Of a stretch of DNA of 64,000 nucleotides, positions 27,347-38,634 are shown piece after piece. Position 1 is the stretch's first letter, and every line of letters begins with the position of its first letter. The stretch spans positions 128,001 through 192,000 of the forward strand of contig JBESAV010000001.1 in the NCBI GenBank assembly GCA_041242255.1, given 5' to 3'. Below the pieces are notes generated by a model that worked only from the letters and a program-made list of their open reading frames with translations, made no database searches and was not told the origin of the DNA. The translations under genes and the position numbers were made by a program. This stretch comes from Candidatus Altimarinota bacterium. GTDB lineage: Bacteria; Patescibacteriota; Gracilibacteria; UBA1369; GCA-2718715.

Positions 27347-27429
27347 AATATCTTGTGTTATATCTAGCATGAAAATACTACATATAGTGGTTGACGTCAA
27401 CCACAACACAAAATTGTCAACTCACAACC

Positions 27430-29385
27430 TTAATTAGAAACATTCACAAACCCAGTATCTACAACCCCTGAAGTTTCATATTTATTTTTCACCATTCTGT
27501 TCCCAAATCCAAAATCATAAACAATGTAACCTTCATCAATTCCAATAATCTTATCAGAAACTAGTTGATACTCTAATCTAGTAAAAGTTCGTGGCGTATA
27601 ATTCTGACCTTCATATAATTTCCTATTAACAACTTCCAGGAAATCATCAATAGACTGCAAGACAAACTCAGGATTCTTCAAATCATCCTGACCTTCAGTA
27701 TCCAACAAATACAAATGATAATAATCACTATAATCAAACCCAAACCCTTGCTCCTGATATGGGAATTCTAATTTATTAACCAACACATTTGAAATCTTAG
27801 ATTGAGGATCATATCCAAAAGAGTAATCAGATAAATTATCATTTGAAAGCTGAGACCTAGAAGATTTTGTAGCATATAACGACCTCATTGAACTTACATA
27901 ATCCCCTCTTAACTTTGCTAAACTTAATGTTGAAAAAGGTCCTGTTCGAGCATCTTCTAACAAGTCAGGACTTCTGTAATCAATTAAGGCACTATTTTTT
28001 ATCAAGAATAATCTATTCTCCCTCCCTCTCTCCAAATTATAATCCCCTCTCATCGGCAAGAACCTACCCTCATCAGAAAGACCATATCCAAACACCAACT
28101 TCGTAAAGTCAAACTCAGGGCTCTCAATGCTATGTTTCGCTAGCTGTCTATAAGTATGATTACAAATTGGATTGCCATTTGCATCAAGCTCATCACATTC
28201 AGCATGAGTATCCCCACTAAACTCATTCAAAAACTCACTATCAAAAAACTCATACCTTTCCACTGGATGACAATTACTTGATCCATCAGCACACCTCAAT
28301 CGAATTCTCAAAATCAAAGTATCATTCTGATCAAACCCATCATAGTATGATTGCTCAAAAGCTCTCTGTACATCCTGTTCAAGATTTGAGCCAGTCAAAG
28401 CCAAAGATCCAACCCATCCGACATTTCCAGCAGTCTTCTCCAAAATTTGCTCTTTGTTAAAAGAACTCAAACCAAACTTAACAGTCTCACCCTTCTCCAT
28501 CACATTCCAGTTACACGGGTGATCTAACGGATCTATGAACTCATCACTCCCATTCCATTTAGCTCCAAACTCAACCTGATGCGGAACACACTCAGTACCA
28601 GCATCACCAGTCCCTAAAGCCGGAACAGTATAGTAAAACCTTGCTTCTTCCTGTCTTTCTTTAGGGTTATTTGTAACCACCATCTGAGAAGTACTTCTGT
28701 ATGAATCAGCCACAGTCACTCTCCTTAAACCAACATTACCACATTGAAAGTTCGGCACAGCAACACTCAGAAAATTCTTCCCATCAGAAGCTCTCTTAAA
28801 GATATTATAATCCCCAGTACCTTTATCATAATTAGCAGATGGATCACACAAGGCTCCAAAGTCCCCAGTATAAAATCCTAGATCAGCCTGCTTAGTCAAA
28901 GCCACTTCTCCTGCATTAGCCCTAGCATCAGGGTCTACAATCTCAGGACCTATCAAACTATTACTATAATTTTGTTCATCAAAACTATAAGCAGTAGGAA
29001 CAGGCACAACTGAAGCACCATAAAAATCATACTCCATAACCACATCAGCATTTCCATTCCCATAAACTGGCTTCGGTAATTCTAAAGCATCTCTCAAGTC
29101 AGCTCCATTTGATGTAAAATCTAGCACTTTCCCTAACTCATAGTACCCACTCCTAAATTGCATCAATCTACTCAAAACCTTGTTAGCAATATTCACAGAA
29201 AATCTCTCCTGTATGTTCTCCTCTAAACTACTCCCAACCGCACGCTGATAATCAACCGTCTGCCTAGCAATCTGAGTTGAAACCACAACCATACCTACTG
29301 CAAACAAAACCCCAACTATCAAAACAGCATAACCTTGCTTACTTTTCCCTATAAATGATTGAAATTTCTTATCCATATGAGCCAA
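27430..29385 (-). CDS. large pilin-like protein (PilX/GspK-like)
   Basis: KSKQG|YAVLIVGVLFAV class III-like signal lacking E5, last gene of the pilin cluster. Confidence 0.65.
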   Translation of the reverse strand: MAHMDKKFQSFIGKSKQGYAVLIVGVLFAVGMVVVSTQIARQTVDYQRAVGSSLEENIQERFSVNIANKVLSRLMQFRSGYYELGKVLDFTSNGADLRDALELPKPVYGNGNADVVMEYDFYGASVVPVPTAYSFDEQNYSNSLIGPEIVDPDARANAGEVALTKQADLGFYTGDFGALCDPSANYDKGTGDYNIFKRASDGKNFLSVAVPNFQCGNVGLRRVTVADSYRSTSQMVVTNNPKERQEEARFYYTVPALGTGDAGTECVPHQVEFGAKWNGSDEFIDPLDHPCNWNVMEKGETVKFGLSSFNKEQILEKTAGNVGWVGSLALTGSNLEQDVQRAFEQSYYDGFDQNDTLILRIRLRCADGSSNCHPVERYEFFDSEFLNEFSGDTHAECDELDANGNPICNHTYRQLAKHSIESPEFDFTKLVFGYGLSDEGRFLPMRGDYNLERGRENRLFLIKNSALIDYRSPDLLEDARTGPFSTLSLAKLRGDYVSSMRSLYATKSSRSQLSNDNLSDYSFGYDPQSKISNVLVNKLEFPYQEQGFGFDYSDYYHLYLLDTEGQDDLKNPEFVLQSIDDFLEVVNRKLYEGQNYTPRTFTRLEYQLVSDKIIGIDEGYIVYDFGFGNRMVKNKYETSGVVDTGFVNVSN

Positions 29386-29443
29386 ACAATAAGTATTAAA
29401 TTTTTATTCAAAATAAGTATACAAATATATACATCAATCCCAA

Positions 29444-30547
29444 CTAATCTACACTTGCCACAACAGTCCTTTGAATCTTAAGTTCATATTCATCACTCAA
29501 TCCAAACACAAAATAATCAGGCGATGTCTTCAAAGTCATCAAAATAGTCACCCTAGGTGGCACCTGCACATTTGGATCAAACTCACCAAAAGCCTTCGAC
29601 GCATCCTCCCTTGGTTCGATCACAAATTTCAGCTCTTCAACCGAAACCTTCAGAGGCGTAACCGGAATAAAATTCTCCAATATATCTTCTCCGTCCTCCA
29701 AACTATATAAGTCAGTCCTATCAACCATCTCTCCCAGACTATTCGTACAATTATATCCTTCAGCACAGATATAGTCTTTAGTTTCAATCCCACCGCTAGT
29801 TGTCGCAGCATCAGCAATCAGCTCTAGCTTCGACACAGCATAACCATTATCAGAAACCTGCTCTCTACTATATATAGTCTTCACCGACTCATCCTCACTT
29901 ATTATATATAATTCATCAAACACATTCGACACACCCGAACTACACGAACCATTTCCAGCTCTTCCTACAGCTGGGTTTGGTGAATTCCCAGTATCATAAC
30001 TTATATCCAAATACGAACTACTACAAAATGCTGCTGAGCTAGTTCCTCCAAAAATACCTTCATTAAAATCTTCACTATAACTCAAGCTAGCAGACACACA
30101 GTCTGGATCAGGTACTCTGACCAGATCATATCCACCACTTCCATTTGGCTTCTGACACAGGGCTCCAGCAGCATCAGGCACCTCTTTTCCAGCAGAATAA
30201 TAAATCCCACCATCATAAAACTGCCAAGCATACAACCCATGATCCTGACCATATTCAGAAGAAGTTGTTACACTAGCTGATATATCAACATTTGGACATA
30301 GCCCGTTTACCACACATTGATTAAAGTACTCTTCATAATCCACACTCCCCTCACTAATTTCTCTAGCAATTGTATCCATCAAAATCTTTGAATCCTCCAA
30401 AAGCGCAGCTCTCACAGCCATCTCCTGTGAAAAAACATAAGTATCAAAAAAAGCTGTTATTAAAATTGTCATCAAAAAACCAGATATAGTCAACGCCACC
30501 AAAACCTCAATCAAAGTAAAACCAGCCTTCTTAACAATCTTAATCAT
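29444..30547 (-). CDS. prepilin-type protein (PilW/GspJ-like)
   Basis: KKAG|FTLIEVLVAL; DYEEYFN; C-terminal PRVTI..IQRTV. Confidence 0.88.
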   Translation of the reverse strand: MIKIVKKAGFTLIEVLVALTISGFLMTILITAFFDTYVFSQEMAVRAALLEDSKILMDTIAREISEGSVDYEEYFNQCVVNGLCPNVDISASVTTSSEYGQDHGLYAWQFYDGGIYYSAGKEVPDAAGALCQKPNGSGGYDLVRVPDPDCVSASLSYSEDFNEGIFGGTSSAAFCSSSYLDISYDTGNSPNPAVGRAGNGSCSSGVSNVFDELYIISEDESVKTIYSREQVSDNGYAVSKLELIADAATTSGGIETKDYICAEGYNCTNSLGEMVDRTDLYSLEDGEDILENFIPVTPLKVSVEELKFVIEPREDASKAFGEFDPNVQVPPRVTILMTLKTSPDYFVFGLSDEYELKIQRTVVASVD

Positions 30548-31172
30548 TTATCGAGATTAAATAATCCGGTTTCCTCACCTTAATATTTGAAAACTCATCT
30601 TCATATGCCACTACAACTCTAAAGTCGCCACTAGCAGAAATATCAACATACCTATAGTAACCAAGTGGTCTATAAACATCATCATCCAAACCACTAACAT
30701 CCTGAACATTAGTATAAACAACTCCTCCACCCGTCAAACTTTTCTCATAAACTTCCAAAGCCTCATATCCAGGTACAAACTGGCTAGGATTATCTAAATC
30801 ATCCACTACATCTTGAGTATCAGAAACAGAAACTAGATCCCACACCTGCCCCCCAGACTGCTCTCGGATCTCCACGATATATCTTCCATCATATTTCGCT
30901 AAATTCTCACAATCCACAGACAGATCCTCATCAATCCTAGTCAACTTACACTCATCAAAATTATCTTCCCCATACCTCAATAAATTCGCTTGATGAATAT
31001 AATTAACTTGCTCATAACCTTCAGTCAAAACAACATCAACATAATAGTTATTCCTACTTATCTCAACCTGCCTTACAGCAGAAACAACAACCTGATTAAC
31101 AACCAAAAGCACAACAGAAAGAACTCCCAATGTCACTACAACTTCAATAAATGTAAAACCCTTCTTCATCAC
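30540..31172 (-). CDS. prepilin-type protein (PilV/GspI-like)
   Basis: KKG|FTFIEVVVTL; overlaps the next gene by 8 nt. Confidence 0.85.
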   Translation of the reverse strand: MMKKGFTFIEVVVTLGVLSVVLLVVNQVVVSAVRQVEISRNNYYVDVVLTEGYEQVNYIHQANLLRYGEDNFDECKLTRIDEDLSVDCENLAKYDGRYIVEIREQSGGQVWDLVSVSDTQDVVDDLDNPSQFVPGYEALEVYEKSLTGGGVVYTNVQDVSGLDDDVYRPLGYYRYVDISASGDFRVVVAYEDEFSNIKVRKPDYLISIND

Positions 31173-31245
31173 ATAAACTTTATTTACCCAAAGTTTACAG
31201 ATCCATTCAACTACTTAAAACAAATCAAATTGACTCTTTAAGATT

Positions 31246-34200
31246 TTACTGACTTATTACACCAAACACCGGCATATCATCTTGAGTACCCAAAGACCTA
31301 ATGTTCACTGACCTTATATCTGCGTAATTAGGAAAACTCGGGTTATCAGCCAAGACTTTATCCAACTGCTTTATACCAGTAGCTCCAGTTCCTTGGAAAA
31401 GGCTCCCCGCTATAGTCTCTTCTATCAAAGAAAGCTCACGATCCCCACTTATATATCCTTCAGAATCAAAACAAGCATTCTCGATCGTAATCTTATCTTC
31501 TATATTCCTACATTCATTTTTCAAAGTACCATTTGAAGTCAACGGCTCAAACGAATTGGCATTCTCTCCACAAGGAACTAAACATGTATATGTTTCAGTT
31601 ACTGTATTACCAGTTGGCTGGCCAAAAGCATCCCTTTCCTCCACATCAACATCTTTAGTCACAAAATCAAAAGTCAAAGGAGTATACCTAAAGGCATTTA
31701 AATCATCATTCAGTGACAAAGCTCTACTTTCAGACACAGAACCATCCGCTCTCAAAGGAGGAGTATTCGAAGCACACCCGATACAATTCCCTGAATACAA
31801 TGCACCAACCAAACTAAACTGATTATACAAAGTACTTTCATCTATAATACTTCTATTCAAAATATTATCAGCATCCCCTTCAGCCGCTGCGACTGCATTC
31901 GCAGCATCAGGAGCAGACAACAACCTTCCATCAGAATAGATGTAAGAAACAACATCAGTCACATTCGCACTTACTATCACTTCACCACCTTGACCAAGAT
32001 CAGATTCGAGAACCACAAAACCAGGTACATCATTAAGCTCTGATTCCATAGCTGAAATATCTGTCCCAACTCCTAAAGCAGAAGAGAAACTACTTGGAAC
32101 AATATTTTGATCCAAAATGAAGTCAACTCCATACATTACAATAACAGGCGCTTTCCCCTCATCAGATACTTGATCATTCAGTAAACTCTGTATCTCACTC
32201 AACCTCACATATCCACCAGGTCCTTCTTTAGTTGATCTAGCACCAATAAACACCACATGACGCTCACCAGATTTACTTACCCTATTACATCCTTTCAATA
32301 AACCAATCATCTCAGAACGTTCGACCTTACTAAATTCCAAATTCCCACAGTTACCAGGCTTAGGATTCATCTGTATAATATTCCTCAAAACTCTGTAGAC
32401 TCTTTCTTTTACTTGAATACCTTGGTTTGCACCCTGAGTATCTTTCGACCCACTACTAAACGTAGTAGAACCGAACGATCTATCCACTAAACCACCTTGA
32501 ATATTTAACTCAAATATATTCTGTGAATCATTAGAGAGTTCTGGCCCAAACCTCCTTACAGTAGCACCAGTCGGCAACCTGTATGAAACACTAGAAGTAA
32601 TAGCTAGATCCAAAATAGGTTTCAAAGGCTCCATCTCATTTATAGTTACACCATCAGCTAGATCAACCGTTAACCAGAACCCTGTAGACTCATAGCCGTT
32701 TTGACTAGCCAAAAGTTGATTCTGGAAAGGACGGCTACCTTCCTGATCAATTGTTGCCGTAATCGAATCAAACTTAGAATCATACAAAGAATTCACACTC
32801 GGCTGTCCAACAATACCTACACTCAGATTTCCAATTCCACCACCTCCATAAAACTCTCCACATATACTTGCTGGCATAGGACTATCAAACTCAAGCACAA
32901 GATCACCATCTCTACAGGTTTGCCTTGTAACATTCTCACCACCCAAAATACTCAAGTCATAAGGTGGCTGAAAAGTTAATGCACCATTAACAGTTGGATC
33001 ATTGTCTTCTTTATATAATCCAGAAATATCGTTATACATAAACACCTGAACCAGATCAAACTGACCTTGCTCCACAGGTATTCTAGAAGAAATAGTCACA
33101 ATCGACTCAAAAACATTCTTAGTAGAATTATATGTAAACCTATTGGCTGACCTCCCCATTACTGTCTTACTTGGAGAGGCATCCCAACCTAATTGATTCA
33201 TCTGAACATCGTCTTCAACTGCAAACTGAGTAGAACCATCTCCACATCCATAAAATGGTATACGTCCAGTAGACGAACTAGTTACATTCACAGGAAAATT
33301 TCCAGTCGTATCAACCTTACGTCTATCCCTGTATGCCAAGCAGAAAGAATTTTGCAAATTAGTATCAGCAAATTCATCAGTCACATTCGTAGAACCATCG
33401 TAGAAACTAACCTCTATCTTATAACCATTTTCACCATTAGCCAAAACGTCTCCAGGATTAGCTTTCACATAATTCACTCTCGCATCATAAGTTGGGGTCA
33501 ACAAAGGCAAATCAACTTGAACTCCCGTAAAGTCCATATACCCTAAACTGTCAGACCAAGCGTATCCCGCAAGTACAGCCCTACTAGTAGTAGCATCAAA
33601 ACTATCAATATAAACTCCATAGTCAGCCCCACCATTTGCAGCACAATTCGCTACATCAAAACTATTTAGATTTGTATCAGCAGCACAATTAAGCTTCAAC
33701 CATCCAGTCGCATCATTCCACCAAAATCCAAACAACTCTCCTTCACCTTGGTATCCTGCCCCTACTTTAACTAAACTATCAAATTCAACTGAACCTACAC
33801 TCAACCCCCTATTCACAGGACCTGAACCTAGATCTTCAGCCATAGTTGCAAACCAACCAATATTTGTATTCCATCCCCATCCATCCACACTAAAATGAAG
33901 CTCTCCAGCAGGAACATTCGACAAATACCTGTCTAAACAAACCCTATAATCTCCATCTGGGGCAACATTATCAAAGTCAATCACACCAATCCCCTTCACT
34001 GGATTATCATTTGTAATCCCATAAAAATCTTTACAATACACTGGTGTAAAAATAGAAGTAAACCAAGAAGGATTAATTGGTGTTATCCCAACAGCAGTAT
34101 AAGCCCCCGTAAAAGTTCCTATAAATGAATTAGCAGGTGGGTTATTTAAAACCACGGAACTATTATCATTAACAACAGTTATGTTACCAGCATCTACATT

Positions 34201-34425
34201 TAAAGATGCAGCTGGAACCTCAGCATCACATCCAGCTGCACTGGTATAAGAGTAATCGGTAGGAGGACCAGCATTAAATCCTCCAGGACCAGCCTCCAAA
34301 ACATAACAACCATCCTTAGTAACCGCAAAGTCAGCACTAGCACCCTCCATATCAACACCTGCAACTAAACCAAACAACATTACGAAAGCTAGACAACCCC
34401 ATTTAAAGAAAGACAATTTATACAT
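31246..34425 (-). CDS. large secreted protein with G-x-x-W-(N/S)-x-x-x-G-(W/Y) repeats, probable pilus-associated
   Basis: Signal peptide; GWGWNTNIGW, GFWWNDATGW, GYAWSDSLGY; heads the pilin cluster. Confidence 0.75.
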   Translation of the reverse strand: MYKLSFFKWGCLAFVMLFGLVAGVDMEGASADFAVTKDGCYVLEAGPGGFNAGPPTDYSYTSAAGCDAEVPAASLNVDAGNITVVNDNSSVVLNNPPANSFIGTFTGAYTAVGITPINPSWFTSIFTPVYCKDFYGITNDNPVKGIGVIDFDNVAPDGDYRVCLDRYLSNVPAGELHFSVDGWGWNTNIGWFATMAEDLGSGPVNRGLSVGSVEFDSLVKVGAGYQGEGELFGFWWNDATGWLKLNCAADTNLNSFDVANCAANGGADYGVYIDSFDATTSRAVLAGYAWSDSLGYMDFTGVQVDLPLLTPTYDARVNYVKANPGDVLANGENGYKIEVSFYDGSTNVTDEFADTNLQNSFCLAYRDRRKVDTTGNFPVNVTSSSTGRIPFYGCGDGSTQFAVEDDVQMNQLGWDASPSKTVMGRSANRFTYNSTKNVFESIVTISSRIPVEQGQFDLVQVFMYNDISGLYKEDNDPTVNGALTFQPPYDLSILGGENVTRQTCRDGDLVLEFDSPMPASICGEFYGGGGIGNLSVGIVGQPSVNSLYDSKFDSITATIDQEGSRPFQNQLLASQNGYESTGFWLTVDLADGVTINEMEPLKPILDLAITSSVSYRLPTGATVRRFGPELSNDSQNIFELNIQGGLVDRSFGSTTFSSGSKDTQGANQGIQVKERVYRVLRNIIQMNPKPGNCGNLEFSKVERSEMIGLLKGCNRVSKSGERHVVFIGARSTKEGPGGYVRLSEIQSLLNDQVSDEGKAPVIVMYGVDFILDQNIVPSSFSSALGVGTDISAMESELNDVPGFVVLESDLGQGGEVIVSANVTDVVSYIYSDGRLLSAPDAANAVAAAEGDADNILNRSIIDESTLYNQFSLVGALYSGNCIGCASNTPPLRADGSVSESRALSLNDDLNAFRYTPLTFDFVTKDVDVEERDAFGQPTGNTVTETYTCLVPCGENANSFEPLTSNGTLKNECRNIEDKITIENACFDSEGYISGDRELSLIEETIAGSLFQGTGATGIKQLDKVLADNPSFPNYADIRSVNIRSLGTQDDMPVFGVISQ

Positions 34426-34717
34426 TTTTTCCTACAATTTTTATTTTTTATCTCAACATTATAACACAAATTCCTCAAAAATTAAACACTCTAACTCCCG
34501 CAAACAAAAGTACACTACCCCCCTTTAAATAAACCTAAATGGCACAAACTATCCAAACACAAAAAAGTATAACCAACTGTCAATATAGACATACACAACT
34601 TTACATGTCTAAAAACCCACAACTGGGAGCATTAAAAGCACTATCAACAAAAATCACCTTGATCTCCAAAACACCAATCCTATAATTACCTCGTGTTAAC
34701 CTTTAACAGAAACACTA

Positions 34718-34993
34718 ATGACTAAACAAGATCTAGTAAACGCTGCAGCTGATAAAGCTGGTGTTACTAAAAAAGACGCTCAAGCTGTACTTGACGCTCT
34801 TATCGAAGCTATCACTGGAGCTCTTCAAAAGGGTGACAGCGTAACTATCACTGGTTTCGGAACTTTCAGAGTATCTCACAGAGCTGCTAGAACTGGAGTA
34901 AATCCAAGAAACCCTGAAGAAAAAATCCAAATCCCAGCTATGAAGCTTCCAGCTTTCAAAGCAGGTAAAACTTTCAAAGACGCTCTAAGATAA
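34718..34993 (+). CDS. hup: DNA-binding protein HU
   Basis: MTKQDLV, GFGTF, RAARTGVNP, PAFKAGK. Confidence 0.96.
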   Translation: MTKQDLVNAAADKAGVTKKDAQAVLDALIEAITGALQKGDSVTITGFGTFRVSHRAARTGVNPRNPEEKIQIPAMKLPAFKAGKTFKDALR

Positions 34994-35021
34994 TCTATCT
35001 TTAAGAATTTTTGAAACAACA

Positions 35022-35048
35022 TAACCTCCTCTCAAAGGAGGTTTTTTT
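35022..35048 (+). terminator. intrinsic terminator
   Basis: aacctcct-ctcaa-aggaggtt + T-run. Confidence 0.8.
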
Positions 35049-35126
35049 ATAAATAGATATCCTAAATAAATTTTACAAAAACCAGCAAAAACATTAATCT
35101 AACTCCACAATTATTAGATACAACCA

Positions 35127-36173
35127 ATGCAATCAAAACTAGAGCAACTCCAAACAAATGCATTACAAGAAATAGAACAAACCTTCGAACTGGAAGAACT
35201 AATCCAATTAGAAAAGAAATACTTAGGTAAAAAGGGTGAACTAACTGAAATCCTTAAAGGTGTAAAAGATTTACCAAACGACCAAAAACCAATTATCGGA
35301 AAGCTTTCCAACCAAATCAAAACTCACCTCGAAGAAAAATTCCAACTCCGCCAAGAATCAATCAAACACGTTAAACTACAAGAAGAACTTCAAAGCGAAA
35401 AAGTAGACGTAACTCTACCTGGAAAGAAAAGAAAGCTTGGACACATACACCCCCTCTCTCAACTCCAAGCTGAAGTTGAAGAAATCTTCCAGCAAATGGG
35501 ATTTTCTATCCACGATGGACCACATATAGAAAGTGAATTTTACAATTTTGAAGCTCTCAACATACCTGACACTCATCCAGCCAGAGACATGCAAGACACC
35601 TTTTTCATAGATAAAGATACTGGTGAAGATAACAACAGACTGGTTCTCAGAACTCATACCTCAGGAGTACAAGTAAGATCTCTATTAAAACATGGCGCAC
35701 CACTCAAAATAATCGTACCAGGAAGAGTATTCCGATACGAAGCAACTGACGCTACTCATGACAGCACCTTTGATCAAGTAGAGGGATTAGTAATAGACAA
35801 AGACATCAACTTATCTCATCTCAAAGGCTACATGGAAGAATTCCTTACAAGACTATTCGGTAAAAAAGCAGACGTAAGGTTCCGTCCAGGATATTTTCCA
35901 TTTGTTGAACCAGGATTAGAGCTAGATTTTTCTTGTCCATTCTGCCCAGAAGATGGATCTCGATGTAAGGTTTGTAAAGATTCTGGATACATTGAATTTA
36001 TGGGATGCGGAATGGTTCATCCGAACGTCCTCAAAGCAGCCAACATCGACCCAGAAAAGTACCAAGGATTCGCCTTTGGATTTGGTCTTACTAGACTTCT
36101 TATGATGAAACACAAGATCACAGACATAAGACATATTCACTCTGGAGACCTAAGATTTTTACAACAATTCTAA
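35127..36173 (+). CDS. pheS: phenylalanine-tRNA ligase alpha subunit
   Basis: HPARDMQDTF, LRTHTS, FRPGYFPFVEP, GFAFGFG. Confidence 0.97.
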   Translation: MQSKLEQLQTNALQEIEQTFELEELIQLEKKYLGKKGELTEILKGVKDLPNDQKPIIGKLSNQIKTHLEEKFQLRQESIKHVKLQEELQSEKVDVTLPGKKRKLGHIHPLSQLQAEVEEIFQQMGFSIHDGPHIESEFYNFEALNIPDTHPARDMQDTFFIDKDTGEDNNRLVLRTHTSGVQVRSLLKHGAPLKIIVPGRVFRYEATDATHDSTFDQVEGLVIDKDINLSHLKGYMEEFLTRLFGKKADVRFRPGYFPFVEPGLELDFSCPFCPEDGSRCKVCKDSGYIEFMGCGMVHPNVLKAANIDPEKYQGFAFGFGLTRLLMMKHKITDIRHIHSGDLRFLQQF

Positions 36174-36194
36174 ACACCCTAACTCCCCTATCTA

Positions 36195-38633
36195 ATGCAT
36201 TTATCACTCAACTGGATTAAAAGATTTATCAAAGATGATTTAAAAGTTTCTGCAAACGAACTCCAAGAACTTGTTAGTACAAAAGTAGCAGAAATAGAAG
36301 GATACGAATCTCAAGCCGAGTTGCTTGAAAAAATAGTTGTAGGACAAATCACAGACATCCAAAAACACCCAAACGCCGACAAACTATCAGTTTGCCAAGT
36401 AAACGTAGGAAAAGAAACAGTTCAGATAGTATGCGGCGGAACCAACCTTAAAAAAGACATGCTAACCGCAGTTGCACTCCCAGGAAGCCAGGTCAGATGG
36501 CACGGCGAAGGTGACCTTATCACTCTAGAGGCTACGAAGCTAAGAGGAGAAAAAAGTCACGGTATGATTTGTACATCAGAAGAAATCGGTCTTGGAAAAC
36601 CTGAAGATGACAGCCACATCATGAACCTAAACCATCTATCAAAAGACACAAAACCAGGCCAACCTCTTTCCGAGGCTCTTCAAGCTAATGACGTGATTTT
36701 TGAAATTGATAATAAATCCATTACAAACAGACCAGATCTATGGGGACACATTGGCTTCGCCAGAGAAATAGCTGCCATAACTGACACTCAGTTCCAATAT
36801 CCAAAATTACCAGAGATCAAAACGGAAGACTCCCCAGCTCCATACACAATCAAAAATACTCATGAAGAAATCTGCAAAAGATTCTCAAGTCTTATAATTC
36901 AAGATATAAAAGTAGAAGAAAGCCCTGAACACATCAAACAAGATCTAGAAAAAGTAGGCCTTAAACCAATCAACAACATAGTTGATGCCCTCAACCATAC
37001 TATGCTTACAACTGGTCAACCAATGCACGCTTACGACTTTGATAAAATCAAAAAGATCGCAAACTCAGACAACCCAGAACTTTCAATCCAATACGCAAGC
37101 AAAGGTAAGTTCACCGGAATAGACGAACAAGAATACACCCTGACACCAGAAGCTCCAGTTCTTATGGTCAACCAAACCCCAGTTTGCATACTAGGAATTA
37201 TGGGAGGTCAAAACACTCAAGTTGATAAAAACACAACCACAATTCTTCTAGAATCAGCCACATTCACAGACTCTATCGTAAGAAAAGCCTCTCAAAAACT
37301 AGCTTTACGCTCAGATTCATCTCAAAGATTTGAAAAATCTCTCGACCCAAACCAAACACTTCCAGCTCTACAAATTGCAACTCAGATAATCCTTGAGCAA
37401 AACCAAAAAGCTAAACTTCCTTCTAAACTAGATGACCAATACTTCCAACCTCAAGCAGAAATAAGCGTTAAACTTGAGACAGAAAAGTTAAACTCCTACC
37501 TGGGTACCCAAATGACCACCCAGCAAATCAGTGGGATTTTACAAAAGTTAGAATTCAAAACAAAAGAAGGTGATAAAGAATTAGAAGTTACAATCCCTAG
37601 TTTTAGAGCAAGTAAAGATATATCTATTTACCAAGATCTTATTGAAGAGGTTGGTAGAATTTACGGCTACGACAAAATCAAAACAACATTACCAGAAATG
37701 TCATCTACTCCCCCAGTACCAAATCAGCTAAGAGAGCAAGAAAATAAAGTCCGCCAACTCCTAATGGCCCAAGGTCTAACCGAAACCAAAAATTATAGTT
37801 TTTATTCTGCAGACGATATCTCAAAATCTCTACTTTCCGATGAACACGTAAAAGTTAAGAACTACCTATCAGAAGAACAAACTCACATGAGAACCCATTT
37901 CCTTCCTTCACTCCTAAAAAACATTCACCAAAACTACAAAAACAACCCTTCCATTTCCCTCTACGAAATAGGAAGAACATATCACCCAACTCAAGAATTC
38001 TTCCCTGCTGAAGAAGAAAAATTAGCTCTTATTCACGCGGATTCAACTGAAAGCATTGATCATGAAACTTTCTTCGAAGTAAAAGGTTGGCTGGAAAACG
38101 TTTTCCAAGAGCTAAATCTTCCTGAAATTATTTTCCAAACAACTAAAGATCCAGCAGACTACGAACATCCTAATATCACTGCTGAGATAAAAACAACTGA
38201 CGGACAAATACTCGGAAACATCTTCAGAGTTCACCCATTAGTTATCCAAAACTATGGGATAAAAAATACTAAAGCAACCTATGCAGAAGTAAACCTTGGA
38301 CTTTTATTACATCTATCCGAAAGGACAACTCTCTTCCAAGAACTTCCAAAATTCCCAGACATGGAATTTGATGTATCAGTAATCGTTGATGACGAAACAA
38401 CCCACCAGCTACTCCTAGAAACTCTTCAAAAGAGTCACAAACTTGTATATCGCGTAGAACTATTCGACATCTTTGAAGATGAACAAAAGATCGGAAAAGG
38501 TAAAAAAGCCTGTGCCTACAGATTGACCCTTAGAAGCTTAGAAAGAACTCTGACCGACGAAGATCTATCTAACGCTCAAAAAGCTTGCTACGACGCACTT
38601 CAGAAGATTGGAGGTATAGTTAGAGGTAGCTAA
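36195..38633 (+). CDS. pheT: phenylalanine-tRNA ligase beta subunit
   Basis: HPNADKL, IVCG, NRPDL, PINNIVD, DLIEEVGRIYGYD, C-terminal FDX-ACB; follows pheS. Confidence 0.96.
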   Translation: MHLSLNWIKRFIKDDLKVSANELQELVSTKVAEIEGYESQAELLEKIVVGQITDIQKHPNADKLSVCQVNVGKETVQIVCGGTNLKKDMLTAVALPGSQVRWHGEGDLITLEATKLRGEKSHGMICTSEEIGLGKPEDDSHIMNLNHLSKDTKPGQPLSEALQANDVIFEIDNKSITNRPDLWGHIGFAREIAAITDTQFQYPKLPEIKTEDSPAPYTIKNTHEEICKRFSSLIIQDIKVEESPEHIKQDLEKVGLKPINNIVDALNHTMLTTGQPMHAYDFDKIKKIANSDNPELSIQYASKGKFTGIDEQEYTLTPEAPVLMVNQTPVCILGIMGGQNTQVDKNTTTILLESATFTDSIVRKASQKLALRSDSSQRFEKSLDPNQTLPALQIATQIILEQNQKAKLPSKLDDQYFQPQAEISVKLETEKLNSYLGTQMTTQQISGILQKLEFKTKEGDKELEVTIPSFRASKDISIYQDLIEEVGRIYGYDKIKTTLPEMSSTPPVPNQLREQENKVRQLLMAQGLTETKNYSFYSADDISKSLLSDEHVKVKNYLSEEQTHMRTHFLPSLLKNIHQNYKNNPSISLYEIGRTYHPTQEFFPAEEEKLALIHADSTESIDHETFFEVKGWLENVFQELNLPEIIFQTTKDPADYEHPNITAEIKTTDGQILGNIFRVHPLVIQNYGIKNTKATYAEVNLGLLLHLSERTTLFQELPKFPDMEFDVSVIVDDETTHQLLLETLQKSHKLVYRVELFDIFEDEQKIGKGKKACAYRLTLRSLERTLTDEDLSNAQKACYDALQKIGGIVRGS

Positions 38634-38634
38634 A

